From an uncultured Planctomycetales bacterium (lineage in GTDB: Bacteria; Planctomycetota; UBA1135): DNA of 64,000 bases. How positions within the stretch are numbered: position 1 is the stretch's first letter; each line of letters opens with the position of its first letter. Positions 45,026-53,243 of this stretch are shown here, in pieces. The stretch covers positions 20,856 through 84,855 of the forward strand of contig CAYZXS010000002.1 in assembly GCA_964482495.1 (NCBI GenBank). The letters are read 5' to 3'. Both the position numbers and the translations under genes were made by a program. The notes below the pieces were generated by a model. It was given only the letters and a program-made list of their open reading frames with translations. It did not search any database and was not told the origin of the DNA.

Positions 45026-47053
45026 ATGGCCACCGCGCGCGTCGGCGTCGACACCGGAGGGACCTTCACGGACGCGGTCCTCGCCGCGGGCCCGGGAGAG
45101 TGGCGCGTCGCCAAGCTGCCGACGACGCCGCGGGCGCCGGCGGTGGCGGTGCTCGGCGGTCTGCACGCGCTGGTGCCGCGCGGCTCGACGCCGGTCGAGC
45201 TGGTGCACGGCACCACCCACGCCACCAACGCGCTCCTGACCGGGCGGGTGGGCAAGGTCGCGCTGGTGACGACGAAGGGCTTCGCCGATGTCTTGGCGAT
45301 CGGACGCCAGGAGCGCGACCAGCTCTACCAGCTCGAGCCTCGGCCGCCGCGGCCGCCGCAGCCGCGCCGGCGCATCGTCGAGGTGGCGGAGCGGCTCGAC
45401 GCATCGGGCCGGGTGGTGGAGGAGCTGACTGGCACCGAGGTCGATCGGGTGGTCGCCCGGGTCGCCCGGCTGAAGCCCGAGGCCGTCGCCGTAGCGTTGC
45501 TGCACGCCTGGCGCGAGCCCAAGCACGAGCGGCGGCTGGCGCGGGCGCTGCGCAAGCTCGGGGTGCCGGTGGTGCTGTCGAGCGAGGTCGCGCCCGAGCT
45601 GCGCGAGTACGAGCGCTTCACCACCACCTGGGCCGACGCCGGGCTGCGGCCGGTGGTCGGGCCGGCGCTGCAGCTGCTCGACCTGGCGCTGCGCGAGGGG
45701 TGGGGCACGGACTCGCGGCTGTCGATCATGCGCAGCGACGGCGGCACCTGCGCCGCCGCCGCCGCGGCCACGCGGCCGGTGTCGCTGGCCTTGAGCGGGC
45801 CGGCCGGCGGGCTGTCCGCGGCGCGCACCCTGGCTGACGCCCGCGGCGACGGCACGGTGCTGACCCTGGACATGGGCGGCACCTCCACCGACGTCGCCTT
45901 GCTACCGCCCGGCGAACTGCCGCTCGAGCCGATGAGCCTGGCCGGGCTGCCGTTGCTGGCGCGCGGGCTTCCGCTGCACACCGTCGGCACCGGCGGCGGC
46001 AGCCTGGCGAGCTGGGACGCCGGCGGCGCCTTGTGCGTCGGACCCGACTCCGCCGGCGCCGAACCGGGCCCGGCCTGCTACGGCCGCGGCGGCGAGCGGG
46101 CGACCGTGACGGATGCCCACCTGGTCGCGGGCCGGCTGCACCCCGAGGAGTTCCTCGGCGGTGACTTCGCGCTCGATCCGGCGGCCGCCGAGCAGGCCCT
46201 CGCCGCGCTCGGCCGCCCCGCTGGCCTGAAGCCGGCCGCCGCTGCCCGCGCCGTGCTCGAGGTCGCCACCACCGGCATGGAGCGGGCGCTGCGCCGGGTC
46301 AGCCTGGCCGAGGGCCACGACCCGCGCGGCCTGGCGCTCTACGCCTTCGGCGGCGCCGGCGGCCTGCACGCGGCTTGGGTGGCGGCGCGCATGGGGATGA
46401 AGCGGGTGGTGATCCCGCCCTTCCCTGGCGCCTTCTCGGCCCTCGGCCTGCTGGCCGCGCCGCCGCGGCGGACCCTGGCGCACAGCGTGCTCGAGCCGTT
46501 GCCGACGGCGACCGCGCGCCGGGCGTTGTTCCAGCCGCTGGTCGAGCGCGCGCGCGCGGAGCTGGCCGCCGAGGGCGTGGCCCGCTCCCGGATCCGCGTC
46601 CGCCGCGTGCTCGAGCTACGCGGCGAGGGCCAGGCCGGGGATTTCGCCATCCCCGAAGGCCCGCGGCCGCTCGAGCGCTTCCACGCCGAGCACCGCCGCC
46701 GCTTCGGCTACGCCCGCGAGGACCGGCCGGTGGTGCTGGTCGCGGTGCGGGTGCAGGCCGACGGCCGGAGCGTGGCGCCGTGGGCGAAGGCCCGGCTGCG
46801 GTCGCGGGCGGCCAAGCCGTTGTTCGAGGACCGGGCGCTGCTGCCTGAGTGCGGGGCAAGCGGTAGCCGCTCCCGCGTCGCCAGGGCCACCTCCAGCGGC
46901 GTCGGCTGGTTCCGCCGCGAGCAGCTCTCCCCGGGCCACCGCCTCTCCGGCCCGGCGGTGGTCGCCGAGTACTCCGGCACCACCGTGGTGCCCGCCAGCT
47001 GGACCGCGCGCGTCGACGGCTTCGGCGCGCTCGAGCTGGAGGCTGGCTCATGA
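45026..47053 (+). CDS. hyuA: Hydantoinase/oxoprolinase family protein, A subunit
   Basis: The ATG at 45026 gives MATARVGVDTGGTFTDAVL...HGTTHATNALLTG...DMGGTSTDVAL. Confidence 0.9.
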   Translation: MATARVGVDTGGTFTDAVLAAGPGEWRVAKLPTTPRAPAVAVLGGLHALVPRGSTPVELVHGTTHATNALLTGRVGKVALVTTKGFADVLAIGRQERDQLYQLEPRPPRPPQPRRRIVEVAERLDASGRVVEELTGTEVDRVVARVARLKPEAVAVALLHAWREPKHERRLARALRKLGVPVVLSSEVAPELREYERFTTTWADAGLRPVVGPALQLLDLALREGWGTDSRLSIMRSDGGTCAAAAAATRPVSLALSGPAGGLSAARTLADARGDGTVLTLDMGGTSTDVALLPPGELPLEPMSLAGLPLLARGLPLHTVGTGGGSLASWDAGGALCVGPDSAGAEPGPACYGRGGERATVTDAHLVAGRLHPEEFLGGDFALDPAAAEQALAALGRPAGLKPAAAARAVLEVATTGMERALRRVSLAEGHDPRGLALYAFGGAGGLHAAWVAARMGMKRVVIPPFPGAFSALGLLAAPPRRTLAHSVLEPLPTATARRALFQPLVERARAELAAEGVARSRIRVRRVLELRGEGQAGDFAIPEGPRPLERFHAEHRRRFGYAREDRPVVLVAVRVQADGRSVAPWAKARLRSRAAKPLFEDRALLPECGASGSRSRVARATSSGVGWFRREQLSPGHRLSGPAVVAEYSGTTVVPASWTARVDGFGALELEAGS

Positions 47054-48630
47054 GCGCCGCTCGCCGCAACAGGGGCCGGCGGACGGCTGCCGACCCCGCC
47101 GAACTCGGCGTCTTCCGCCACCTCTTCGCCAGTGTGGCCGAGGAGATGGGGGAGGCGCTGCGGCTCAGCTCGGTGTCGCCGAACATCAAGGAGCGGCGCG
47201 ACTACTCCTGCGCCCTGCTCGACGCTGAGGGGCGGCTGGTGGCGCACGCGGCGCACATCCCGGTGCACCTCGGCAGCGCCCACCTGACGGTGCCGGCGGT
47301 GCTGGCCGAGCTGGATCCCGGCCCGGGTGACGTCGTGGTGCTCAATGATCCGCACCGCGGCGGCACGCACCTCAACGACGTCACCGTGGTGGCGCCGCTC
47401 TACGCCGGCGGCCGGCGGCTCGGCTTCCTGCTCGACCGCGCCCATCACGCCGACGTCGGCGGGGCGGAGCCGGGCAGCCTGGCGGGGGCCAGCGACCTCT
47501 ACGGCGAGGGTCTGATCCTGCCCCCGGTGCACCTGGTGCGCGCCGGCGCGCCGGTCGAGGAGGTGTGGAAGTTGTTCCTCGCCAACACCCGCGAGGCCGA
47601 GGCCCGCCGCGCCGATCTGCAGGCGCAGCTGGCGGCGCTGCACCGCGGCGCCGAGCGCTTCGCCGACCTGGTCGAGCGCTTCGGCGCCGCCGGGGTGCGG
47701 CGCGGCATGGACGGCCTGATCGAGCACGGCGCCAAGATGACCGCAGCGCTCTTGCGGGCATGGCCGTCGGGCGAAGCCCGGGCCGAGGACGCGCTCGACG
47801 GCGCCGGCACGCCGAAGATCGTGGTGAGGCTGCGCAACCGCGGCGGCCGGCTGCGGGTCGACTTCACCGGCAGTTCGCCGCAGGTGGCGGGGTCCTGGAA
47901 CACCCACCGGGCGGTGGTCTGCTCGGCGCTGTTCTACGTCCTGCAGGCGCTGGCGCCGGAGCAGCTGCCGGAGTCGAGCGGGGTGCTCGAGCGGGTGGAT
48001 TTGGTGCTGCCGGAGGCCTCGGTGGTGTCTTCCTCCTTCCCGGCCGGGGTCGCGGCGGGCAACGTCGAGACCAGCCAGCGCGTCACCGACGTGCTGCTGG
48101 CGGCCCTGGCCGGGCTGCTGGGCGAGCGGGTGCCGGCGGCCAGCCAGGGGACGATGAACAACTGGACCTGCGGCGGCGCGCGGGCCGACGGCAGCGACTG
48201 GGTCTACTACGAGACCGTCGGCGGCGGCGCCGGCGCCGGGCCGGGCGGCGACGGGGCGGACGCGGTGCAGGTGCACATGACCAACACCCGCAACACCCCG
48301 GTCGAGGTCATGGAGGTCGAGCTGCCGGTCCGGATTCGCGAGCTGCGGCTGCGGCGGGGCAGCGGCGGCGTCGGCCGGCACCGCGGCGGCGATGGCCTGC
48401 TCAAGGAGATCGAGTTCCTGGTGCCAGCGCGGGTGGCGGTGATCGCGACCCGGCGGCTGAGCGCGCCCGCCGGCCGCGCCGGCGGCGGGGACGGCAGCCC
48501 GGGGCGGGACCAAGTCGTGGCCGGCGGCCGCCGACGCGACCTCGCGGCCGGTGAGAGCGTCAGCCTCCAGGCGGGCGACCGGATCCGGATCGCCACCCCT
48601 GGCGGCGGCGGCTGGGGCCGGCCGGCCTGA
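47050..48630 (+). CDS. hyuB: Hydantoinase B/oxoprolinase family protein
   Basis: It has an ATGA overlap with hyuA. The sequence includes FRHLFASVAEEMGEALRLSSVSPNIKERRDYSCALLDAEGRLVA...LNDPHRGGTHLNDV. Confidence 0.9.
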   Translation: MSAARRNRGRRTAADPAELGVFRHLFASVAEEMGEALRLSSVSPNIKERRDYSCALLDAEGRLVAHAAHIPVHLGSAHLTVPAVLAELDPGPGDVVVLNDPHRGGTHLNDVTVVAPLYAGGRRLGFLLDRAHHADVGGAEPGSLAGASDLYGEGLILPPVHLVRAGAPVEEVWKLFLANTREAEARRADLQAQLAALHRGAERFADLVERFGAAGVRRGMDGLIEHGAKMTAALLRAWPSGEARAEDALDGAGTPKIVVRLRNRGGRLRVDFTGSSPQVAGSWNTHRAVVCSALFYVLQALAPEQLPESSGVLERVDLVLPEASVVSSSFPAGVAAGNVETSQRVTDVLLAALAGLLGERVPAASQGTMNNWTCGGARADGSDWVYYETVGGGAGAGPGGDGADAVQVHMTNTRNTPVEVMEVELPVRIRELRLRRGSGGVGRHRGGDGLLKEIEFLVPARVAVIATRRLSAPAGRAGGGDGSPGRDQVVAGGRRRDLAAGESVSLQAGDRIRIATPGGGGWGRPA

Positions 48631-48651
48631 GGCGCGGCGGTCCTCCGGGGC

Positions 48652-49431
48652 TCAATCGACGGCTTCCGCCGCCGGCCACGGCAAGTACGGCGCCGTGCGT
48701 GGACTCAGCCGCTGGCGACGGACCTGGCCTCGAGGCGGGTCCTCCTCGACGGGGTAGAGGCGCAGCGCCAGCAGCTCGACCTCGTCGTCGCCGGCCAGCG
48801 GCGGCAGCTGGTAGAGGCGGACCAGGCCGCGGTCGGACTCGACCTGGATCTCCGATTCGGCCAGGGCCACGGCCGGCAGCTGGGTGGTGATGGAGCTGTC
48901 GTAGCCGGCCAGGCGGCTCTCCTGCTCGATCATCCGCGCCAGCTCACTGCGGTGGATGCGCACCCGGCCGCGGAAGTCGCGGCCGTCCAGCGCGTCGACC
49001 TGGGCGTCGACCCACAGGCCGGTCTGGAGCACGCCCACCGTCGGGTCGGCGATCATCGCGTGCGCGGTCTCCTCGACCACGAAGTCGGCCACGTAGGAGG
49101 TCTGGTTGACCATCATCACCGAAGCGGGCTGGCCGGCGAGCATGAGCACGCTCGGGGCGGCGGCGTGGCGCCACTGTTCGGGCCGCTCGAAGGGGGAGTC
49201 CGCGTCGAAGGGTCCGCGCAGCAGGATCAGGTCGAGCCGGAATTGGCCGCTGCGCTGGACCGTGGCCGGATCCGGGTGTTCCGGCATCGTCGCCGGGTCC
49301 GGCTTGGTGGTGGCCAGGCCGGTGTCGAGCAGCGACCAGAGGTCCTGTCCGGGGTCGAGCGGCTCGCCGTAGCGTTCCGAGGCGGCGCAGGCCAGGGCGA
49401 AGAGAGGCAGCAGGCAGAGGAGGATGCGCAT
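48652..49431 (-). CDS. Hypothetical lipoprotein
   Basis: MRILLCLLPLFALAC is a lipobox. Codon bias is consistent along the ORF. I recognise no family. Confidence 0.65.
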   Translation of the reverse strand: MRILLCLLPLFALACAASERYGEPLDPGQDLWSLLDTGLATTKPDPATMPEHPDPATVQRSGQFRLDLILLRGPFDADSPFERPEQWRHAAAPSVLMLAGQPASVMMVNQTSYVADFVVEETAHAMIADPTVGVLQTGLWVDAQVDALDGRDFRGRVRIHRSELARMIEQESRLAGYDSSITTQLPAVALAESEIQVESDRGLVRLYQLPPLAGDDEVELLALRLYPVEEDPPRGQVRRQRLSPRTAPYLPWPAAEAVD

Positions 49432-49512
49432 GGTCGGGGCGCGGCGGTCGCCGCGGGCCGACCCGTTCTACCACCGGTCCGGCCACCCTCTCCTCGGAGC
49501 TTGCCGCCCGCC

Positions 49513-49554
49513 CCCAAAGGAAAGCGGGGCCGCCTGCAACCACAGGCGGCCCCG
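49513..49554 (-). terminator. Intrinsic terminator of the NYN-domain gene
   Basis: On the minus strand the sequence is CGGGGCCGCCTG-tggttg-CAGGCGGCCCCG followed by CTTTCCTTTGG. That is a 12-bp GC stem with a T-rich tail. Confidence 0.55.
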
Positions 49555-49560
49555 GTCAGT

Positions 49561-49627
49561 AACGGGGTCAGACGTCGATTACTAATCGATGTCGTACGTC
49601 GAATAACAATCGATGTACGACCCCGTT
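49561..49627. repeat. 67-bp nested palindromic element (copy C), homologous to copy B
   Basis: The outer stem is AACGGGGTC...GACCCCGTT. The interior holds two ~23-nt direct-repeat units, ACGTCGATTACTAATCGATGTCG and ACGTCGAATAACAATCGATGTAC, each with a TCGAnTAnnAATCGA core. It lies between the NYN stop (49638) and the terminator. Confidence 0.8.
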
Positions 49628-49637
49628 CTTTCGCTTC

Positions 49638-50405
49638 TCAGTACAGGTGCTCCTCGGTGAGGACGTGGTACTGGTCGACGGCGCGGAGCAGCAGGTCGCT
49701 CATGCTCTCGCGGAAGGCGCAGCACTCGAACTTGCAGCCCTTGGCGCGGACGGCGTCGGCGACGTCGGCGAAGACGCCGTTGCCGCTGACGGCGATGATG
49801 ACGTCGACCTTCTCGGCGACGCGCAGCATGTCCATGGCGATGCCGAGCTCCCACTCGGCCTTGCGGGAGCCGTCCATGCGCTCGATGACCTCGCGCTTCT
49901 TGACCTCGAAGCCGCAGTAGCGCAGGTGGTCGAGGAAGCTGACCTGGTCGATGCCTTCGCGGTCGATGACGTAGGCGATCGCCCGGCCGAGCCGCCGGCT
50001 GCGCACGCACTGGCGTAGCATCTTGGCGTAGGACAGGTTGCGGCCGTAGGTCTTCTTCGCCGAGTGGTACATGTTCTGCACGTCGATGAAGACCGCCACC
50101 CGCTGGCGCTTGAGGAAGCCGCCGGGCGAGGCGTAGCCGCCGTTGCTCGGAAGCTCACCCGTGGCGGGGTTGAGGTTCAGCTGACGCCGCAGGCGCCAGA
50201 CCTCGTCCTTCATGTCGAGGTACTTGTCCTCGAGCTCTTCACGCTCGAGATCCTCGATGCCCTCGTTCTGGTCGATCGTGGGGTGATCGCCGGAACCGGG
50301 CGGGGTGGAGGAGCCAGGGCCGCCCGCGGGGAAGGCCGGCTGGGTCGCACTCGGCGCGGCTTCCGGAGCGGTCGGCTCCGGCGGAATGATGTCAGTGTCG
50401 GACAT
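49638..50405 (-). CDS. NYN-domain (LabA/DUF88-like) protein with a disordered acidic/Pro-rich N-terminus
   Basis: The internal ATG (50403-50405) gives MSDTDIIPPEPT.... The NYN core is RVAVFIDVQNMYHSAKK...EWELGIAMDML...VDVIIAVSGNGVFADV. Confidence 0.85.
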   Translation of the reverse strand: MSDTDIIPPEPTAPEAAPSATQPAFPAGGPGSSTPPGSGDHPTIDQNEGIEDLEREELEDKYLDMKDEVWRLRRQLNLNPATGELPSNGGYASPGGFLKRQRVAVFIDVQNMYHSAKKTYGRNLSYAKMLRQCVRSRRLGRAIAYVIDREGIDQVSFLDHLRYCGFEVKKREVIERMDGSRKAEWELGIAMDMLRVAEKVDVIIAVSGNGVFADVADAVRAKGCKFECCAFRESMSDLLLRAVDQYHVLTEEHLY

Positions 50406-50455
50406 GGTGATGCTGGGGTTAAACGCCACCGATGGGGGAAGGTGGTGACGGTCCT

Positions 50456-50494
50456 TTCTTGCCCATACATACCGGGGCAAGAACCCTCATTATA
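50456..50494 (-). promoter_or_regulatory. TATAAT -10 box plus a 9-bp inverted repeat (TTCTTGCCC-N10-GGGCAAGAA) at the predicted transcription start of the NYN gene
   Basis: The minus-strand TATAAT lies at 50489-50494. The perfect inverted repeat at 50456-50483 begins 5 nt downstream of it. No good -35 box is visible. Confidence 0.4.
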
Positions 50495-50508
50495 GGTCAA
50501 TAGGCCGC

Positions 50509-50525
50509 GGAAACCCTCGGTTTCC
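50509..50525 (-). terminator. Short hairpin after the exonuclease gene: GGAAACC-gag-GGTTTCC
   Basis: This is a perfect 7-bp stem 10 nt after the stop. There is no U-tract, so it may be a weak terminator or a processing site. Confidence 0.3.
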
Positions 50526-50534
50526 GACCGATCC

Positions 50535-51371
50535 TCAGCCTCGCGGCCGGCGCCTCACGACGGCCGGCAGGGCGTCCGGGCAGGGGTGCGCCTGGACCAC
50601 CTTGTCGAGCCTATAGGACTTGTAGAAGTAGTCATGGTGGCAAAGGGCTTCCATGACCAGGGAGTTGCCGCGGCGGAAGAAGAAGCGCGGGCTGACCCGG
50701 AGCGGGATCACCCGCTGGTCCCGCATCATGTAGTGGATATCCACAACTTCGTGACGATCTGCCGCCTCCCGCAACACCTGGCGCTTGGCGTTCAGGCGCG
50801 GCGGATCCGGGGCGTAGCTCGACAGCGGCCGCCCCCGGCCGAAGGCGCCCTCCTCGTTCTCCTCCGGCGCCGTGTCCAGCAGGTGCAGCAGCAAGTGGTA
50901 GGCGTGGCTGGCGTCGTCCAGGGCCCGGTGGTGCTGCGCCGGCGGCAGGCCGAGGTTCTGGACCAAGTTCACCAGCGAGTAGGAGGGCTGCCGCAGCAGC
51001 CGGCGCGCCCCGCGGAGGGTGCAGAGGACCCGGTTCCCGGGCGGCTCGAGCCCGAGCCGCAGGCACTCGGCGGCGATCATCGCCGCGTCGAAGGAGGCGT
51101 TGTGGGCCACCAGCGGCCGGTCCCCGCACCACTCGAGGAAGCGCGGCAGGACCGCGGCGGCGCTCTCCTCGTCGGCGACGTCGTCGTCGGTGATGCCGTG
51201 GACCCGGATGACCTCGGGCGGGATCGGGCACTCCGGGAAGACCAGCGCCTCGAAGCGCTCGACGACGGTGCGGCCGCGGACCCGCAGGGCGCCGATCTCG
51301 ACCAGGCGGGCGCCGGGAGGAGCGCCGGTGGTCTCGGTGTCGAAGACGACGAAATCCCGCGGGAAGGCCAT
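50535..51371 (-). CDS. DEDDh (DnaQ-like) 3'-5' exonuclease fused to a C-terminal WYL-like domain
   Basis: Exo I is FVVFDTETTG, Exo II is LVAHNASFDAAM and Exo III is HRALDDA. The C-terminus reads HEVVDIHYMMRDQRVIPLRVSPRFFFRRGNSLVMEALCHHDYFYKSYRLDKV, which resembles a WYL domain. Confidence 0.8.
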   Translation of the reverse strand: MAFPRDFVVFDTETTGAPPGARLVEIGALRVRGRTVVERFEALVFPECPIPPEVIRVHGITDDDVADEESAAAVLPRFLEWCGDRPLVAHNASFDAAMIAAECLRLGLEPPGNRVLCTLRGARRLLRQPSYSLVNLVQNLGLPPAQHHRALDDASHAYHLLLHLLDTAPEENEEGAFGRGRPLSSYAPDPPRLNAKRQVLREAADRHEVVDIHYMMRDQRVIPLRVSPRFFFRRGNSLVMEALCHHDYFYKSYRLDKVVQAHPCPDALPAVVRRRPRG

Positions 51372-51381
51372 CCCCCGCAGT

Positions 51382-52083
51382 CTACTCGCTGGCGCCGCCG
51401 GCCGGCCCGTCCAGGTGCCGCTTCAGCAGGTGGGCGCCGGCGTAGAACAGCGGCGTGTCCGCCAGCGCCACCAAGGCCTTGAACAGCCACAGGTCGAGGA
51501 TCGTGGCCACGATCTGCTCCGCTGGCCAGACGCCCGCGAACAGCACCAGCACCACTAGGGTGGAGTCCAGGAACTGCGAGAAGACGGTGGAGGCGTTGTT
51601 GCGCAGCCACAGGTGGCGGCCGCCGGTCAGCCGCTTCCAGAAGTGGAAGACCCGGATGTCGACGAGCTGCGCCGCCAGGTAGGCCGTCATGGACGCGGCG
51701 ATCACCCGCCAGGCGTTGTGGAAGACCTGGTCGTAGGCGGCGTCGCTGACCGGCGAGTCCGCCAGGGCCGGGAATTGCGCCCCGAGCCAGAGCACGAACA
51801 GCACGAACAGCGACACCACGAAGCCGGTGCGCACCACCTGGTTGGCGCGGCGCTGGCCGTAGACCTCGGAAAGCAGATCGGTGACCAGGAAGGTCACCGG
51901 ATAGGCCAAGGCGCCAGCCGAGAGCACGAAGCTCTTGAAGCCCAAGTCCACGGTCAGGAACTTGTTCGCGACCAGGTTGCAAACCACCAGCGAGCCCAGG
52001 AAGAGCCCCGCCAGCAGCAGGAAGGCGGCGTCGGCGCGCTCGCGCCGCGGGTCTACTTCGCCGGATAGGTGGCCTTCACCCAC
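51382..52083 (-). CDS. Queuosine-precursor transporter family protein (YhhQ/DUF165)
   Basis: The sequence includes VCNLVANKFL...LAYPVTFLVTDLLSEVYG...RVIAASMTAYLAAQLVDIRVFHFWK...LRNNASTVFSQFLDS. The proposed GTG start at 52081-52083 overlaps the upstream gene, and the start is uncertain. Confidence 0.8.
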   Translation of the reverse strand: MGEGHLSGEVDPRRERADAAFLLLAGLFLGSLVVCNLVANKFLTVDLGFKSFVLSAGALAYPVTFLVTDLLSEVYGQRRANQVVRTGFVVSLFVLFVLWLGAQFPALADSPVSDAAYDQVFHNAWRVIAASMTAYLAAQLVDIRVFHFWKRLTGGRHLWLRNNASTVFSQFLDSTLVVLVLFAGVWPAEQIVATILDLWLFKALVALADTPLFYAGAHLLKRHLDGPAGGASE

Positions 52084-53243
52084 TCCTTCCACTCTGCCTC
52101 GGCCTTGGCCAAGGTCCAGCCGAAGTGCTCCTTGAAGCCGTTCCGCTGCGCCTCGTCCATCTTCCTCCCGTCCGGGAAGCCCTTCTCGTCGCGCCGTGTC
52201 TTCAGCGCCGTCAGCCAGGCGCCGAAGGCCTCCGGCTTGTGCTGGATCAGGAAGTCGATCTTGGACCAGGAGATCAGGTGGTCCTGGAAGTCGATCTCGG
52301 CCAGCGAGTTCTTGCGGACCAGCTGGGCGAAGCTGGAGCCGCGGCCCTTCAGGACCAGCTTGCGGACCTCGGCCTCCCAGTTGTCGGTGGACTTGCCGAC
52401 GTTGATGTTGCCCTCGATGGAGCAGAAGGTGTTGAAGCGGCCGTCGAAGTCGCGCTCGGTCCAGTGGCCGACCCCGGCGTAGATCCACACCGGCATCTCA
52501 TAGCTGTAGTGCATGTAGCCGTTCAGCATGTTGTGGCCGACGTTGTGCATGACCACCGCGGCGACGTGCTTGTCGTGGTGGATGTCCTCGGTCTCCATGT
52601 TGAGCCCGAACCACAGCGAGCTGCGGTCGACGTTGTTCCAGCACTGCGGCTTCAGGTAGCCGAGCCCCCAGGTGTTGCGCATGTACTCGCGGTAGGGGCT
52701 GGCGTCCTCGAACACCATGACCTCGTACTTCTCCTTCATCCCCATGTAGCGGCCGATGCCGCGCATCAGGTTCCGCTCGGGGTCGAGGAAGTCCTCCTCG
52801 GTGGTGCCCGCGATCTCCAGGAAGCGGGAGTAGGCGGCCTCGAGGCGCTCGCCGAGCAGGTGCACCCGGTACCAGGGGTCGAGCGAGCTCTGCTTGGGCT
52901 TGAGCCTCGGCCAGCGGTCGGCGATGGCCTCGAGCTCGGCGCGGTAGGCCTTGATCTCCTCGGTCGGGATCTTCCACTTCGGGAAGTCGCCCAGGATCCG
53001 GAAGTGCTCGGTCTCGAGCAGCGTCGGCTTCCAGACCCCCTCGTCGGCGATCGCCTGGCTGTTGGTGCGGCCGAAGGGGAAGGGCCCGTGGTGCATGCCG
53101 TTGGCGGCCAGGACCTCGGGGTCGTGGTCGCAGACGCTGCAGCGGTCCTTGCGGCGCTTGGGGCGCTCGCCCTGGGCCGGCAGCTCCGGCGCCAGCACCA
53201 GCGCCGCGAACCCGAGCAGGAAGAGGCGGCTCCAGCCGCTCAA
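52053..53243 (-). CDS. Hypothetical secreted protein (396 aa), possibly DUF1570-like
   Basis: The signal peptide is MSGWSRLFLLGFAALVLAPELPAQG. The protein is rich in Lys, Trp and His, and MHNVGHNMLNGYMHY may be a metal site. It has an ATGA overlap with the upstream gene. Confidence 0.7.
   Translation of the reverse strand: MSGWSRLFLLGFAALVLAPELPAQGERPKRRKDRCSVCDHDPEVLAANGMHHGPFPFGRTNSQAIADEGVWKPTLLETEHFRILGDFPKWKIPTEEIKAYRAELEAIADRWPRLKPKQSSLDPWYRVHLLGERLEAAYSRFLEIAGTTEEDFLDPERNLMRGIGRYMGMKEKYEVMVFEDASPYREYMRNTWGLGYLKPQCWNNVDRSSLWFGLNMETEDIHHDKHVAAVVMHNVGHNMLNGYMHYSYEMPVWIYAGVGHWTERDFDGRFNTFCSIEGNINVGKSTDNWEAEVRKLVLKGRGSSFAQLVRKNSLAEIDFQDHLISWSKIDFLIQHKPEAFGAWLTALKTRRDEKGFPDGRKMDEAQRNGFKEHFGWTLAKAEAEWKEWVKATYPAK

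Noticed and set aside
52053-53243. The noticeably Lys/Trp-rich composition of this secreted protein could indicate horizontal acquisition.
   Set aside because: Third-position G/C remains high and the gene is translationally coupled (ATGA overlaps) to its neighbours. The composition is more simply explained by protein function, and there is no flanking mobility signature.
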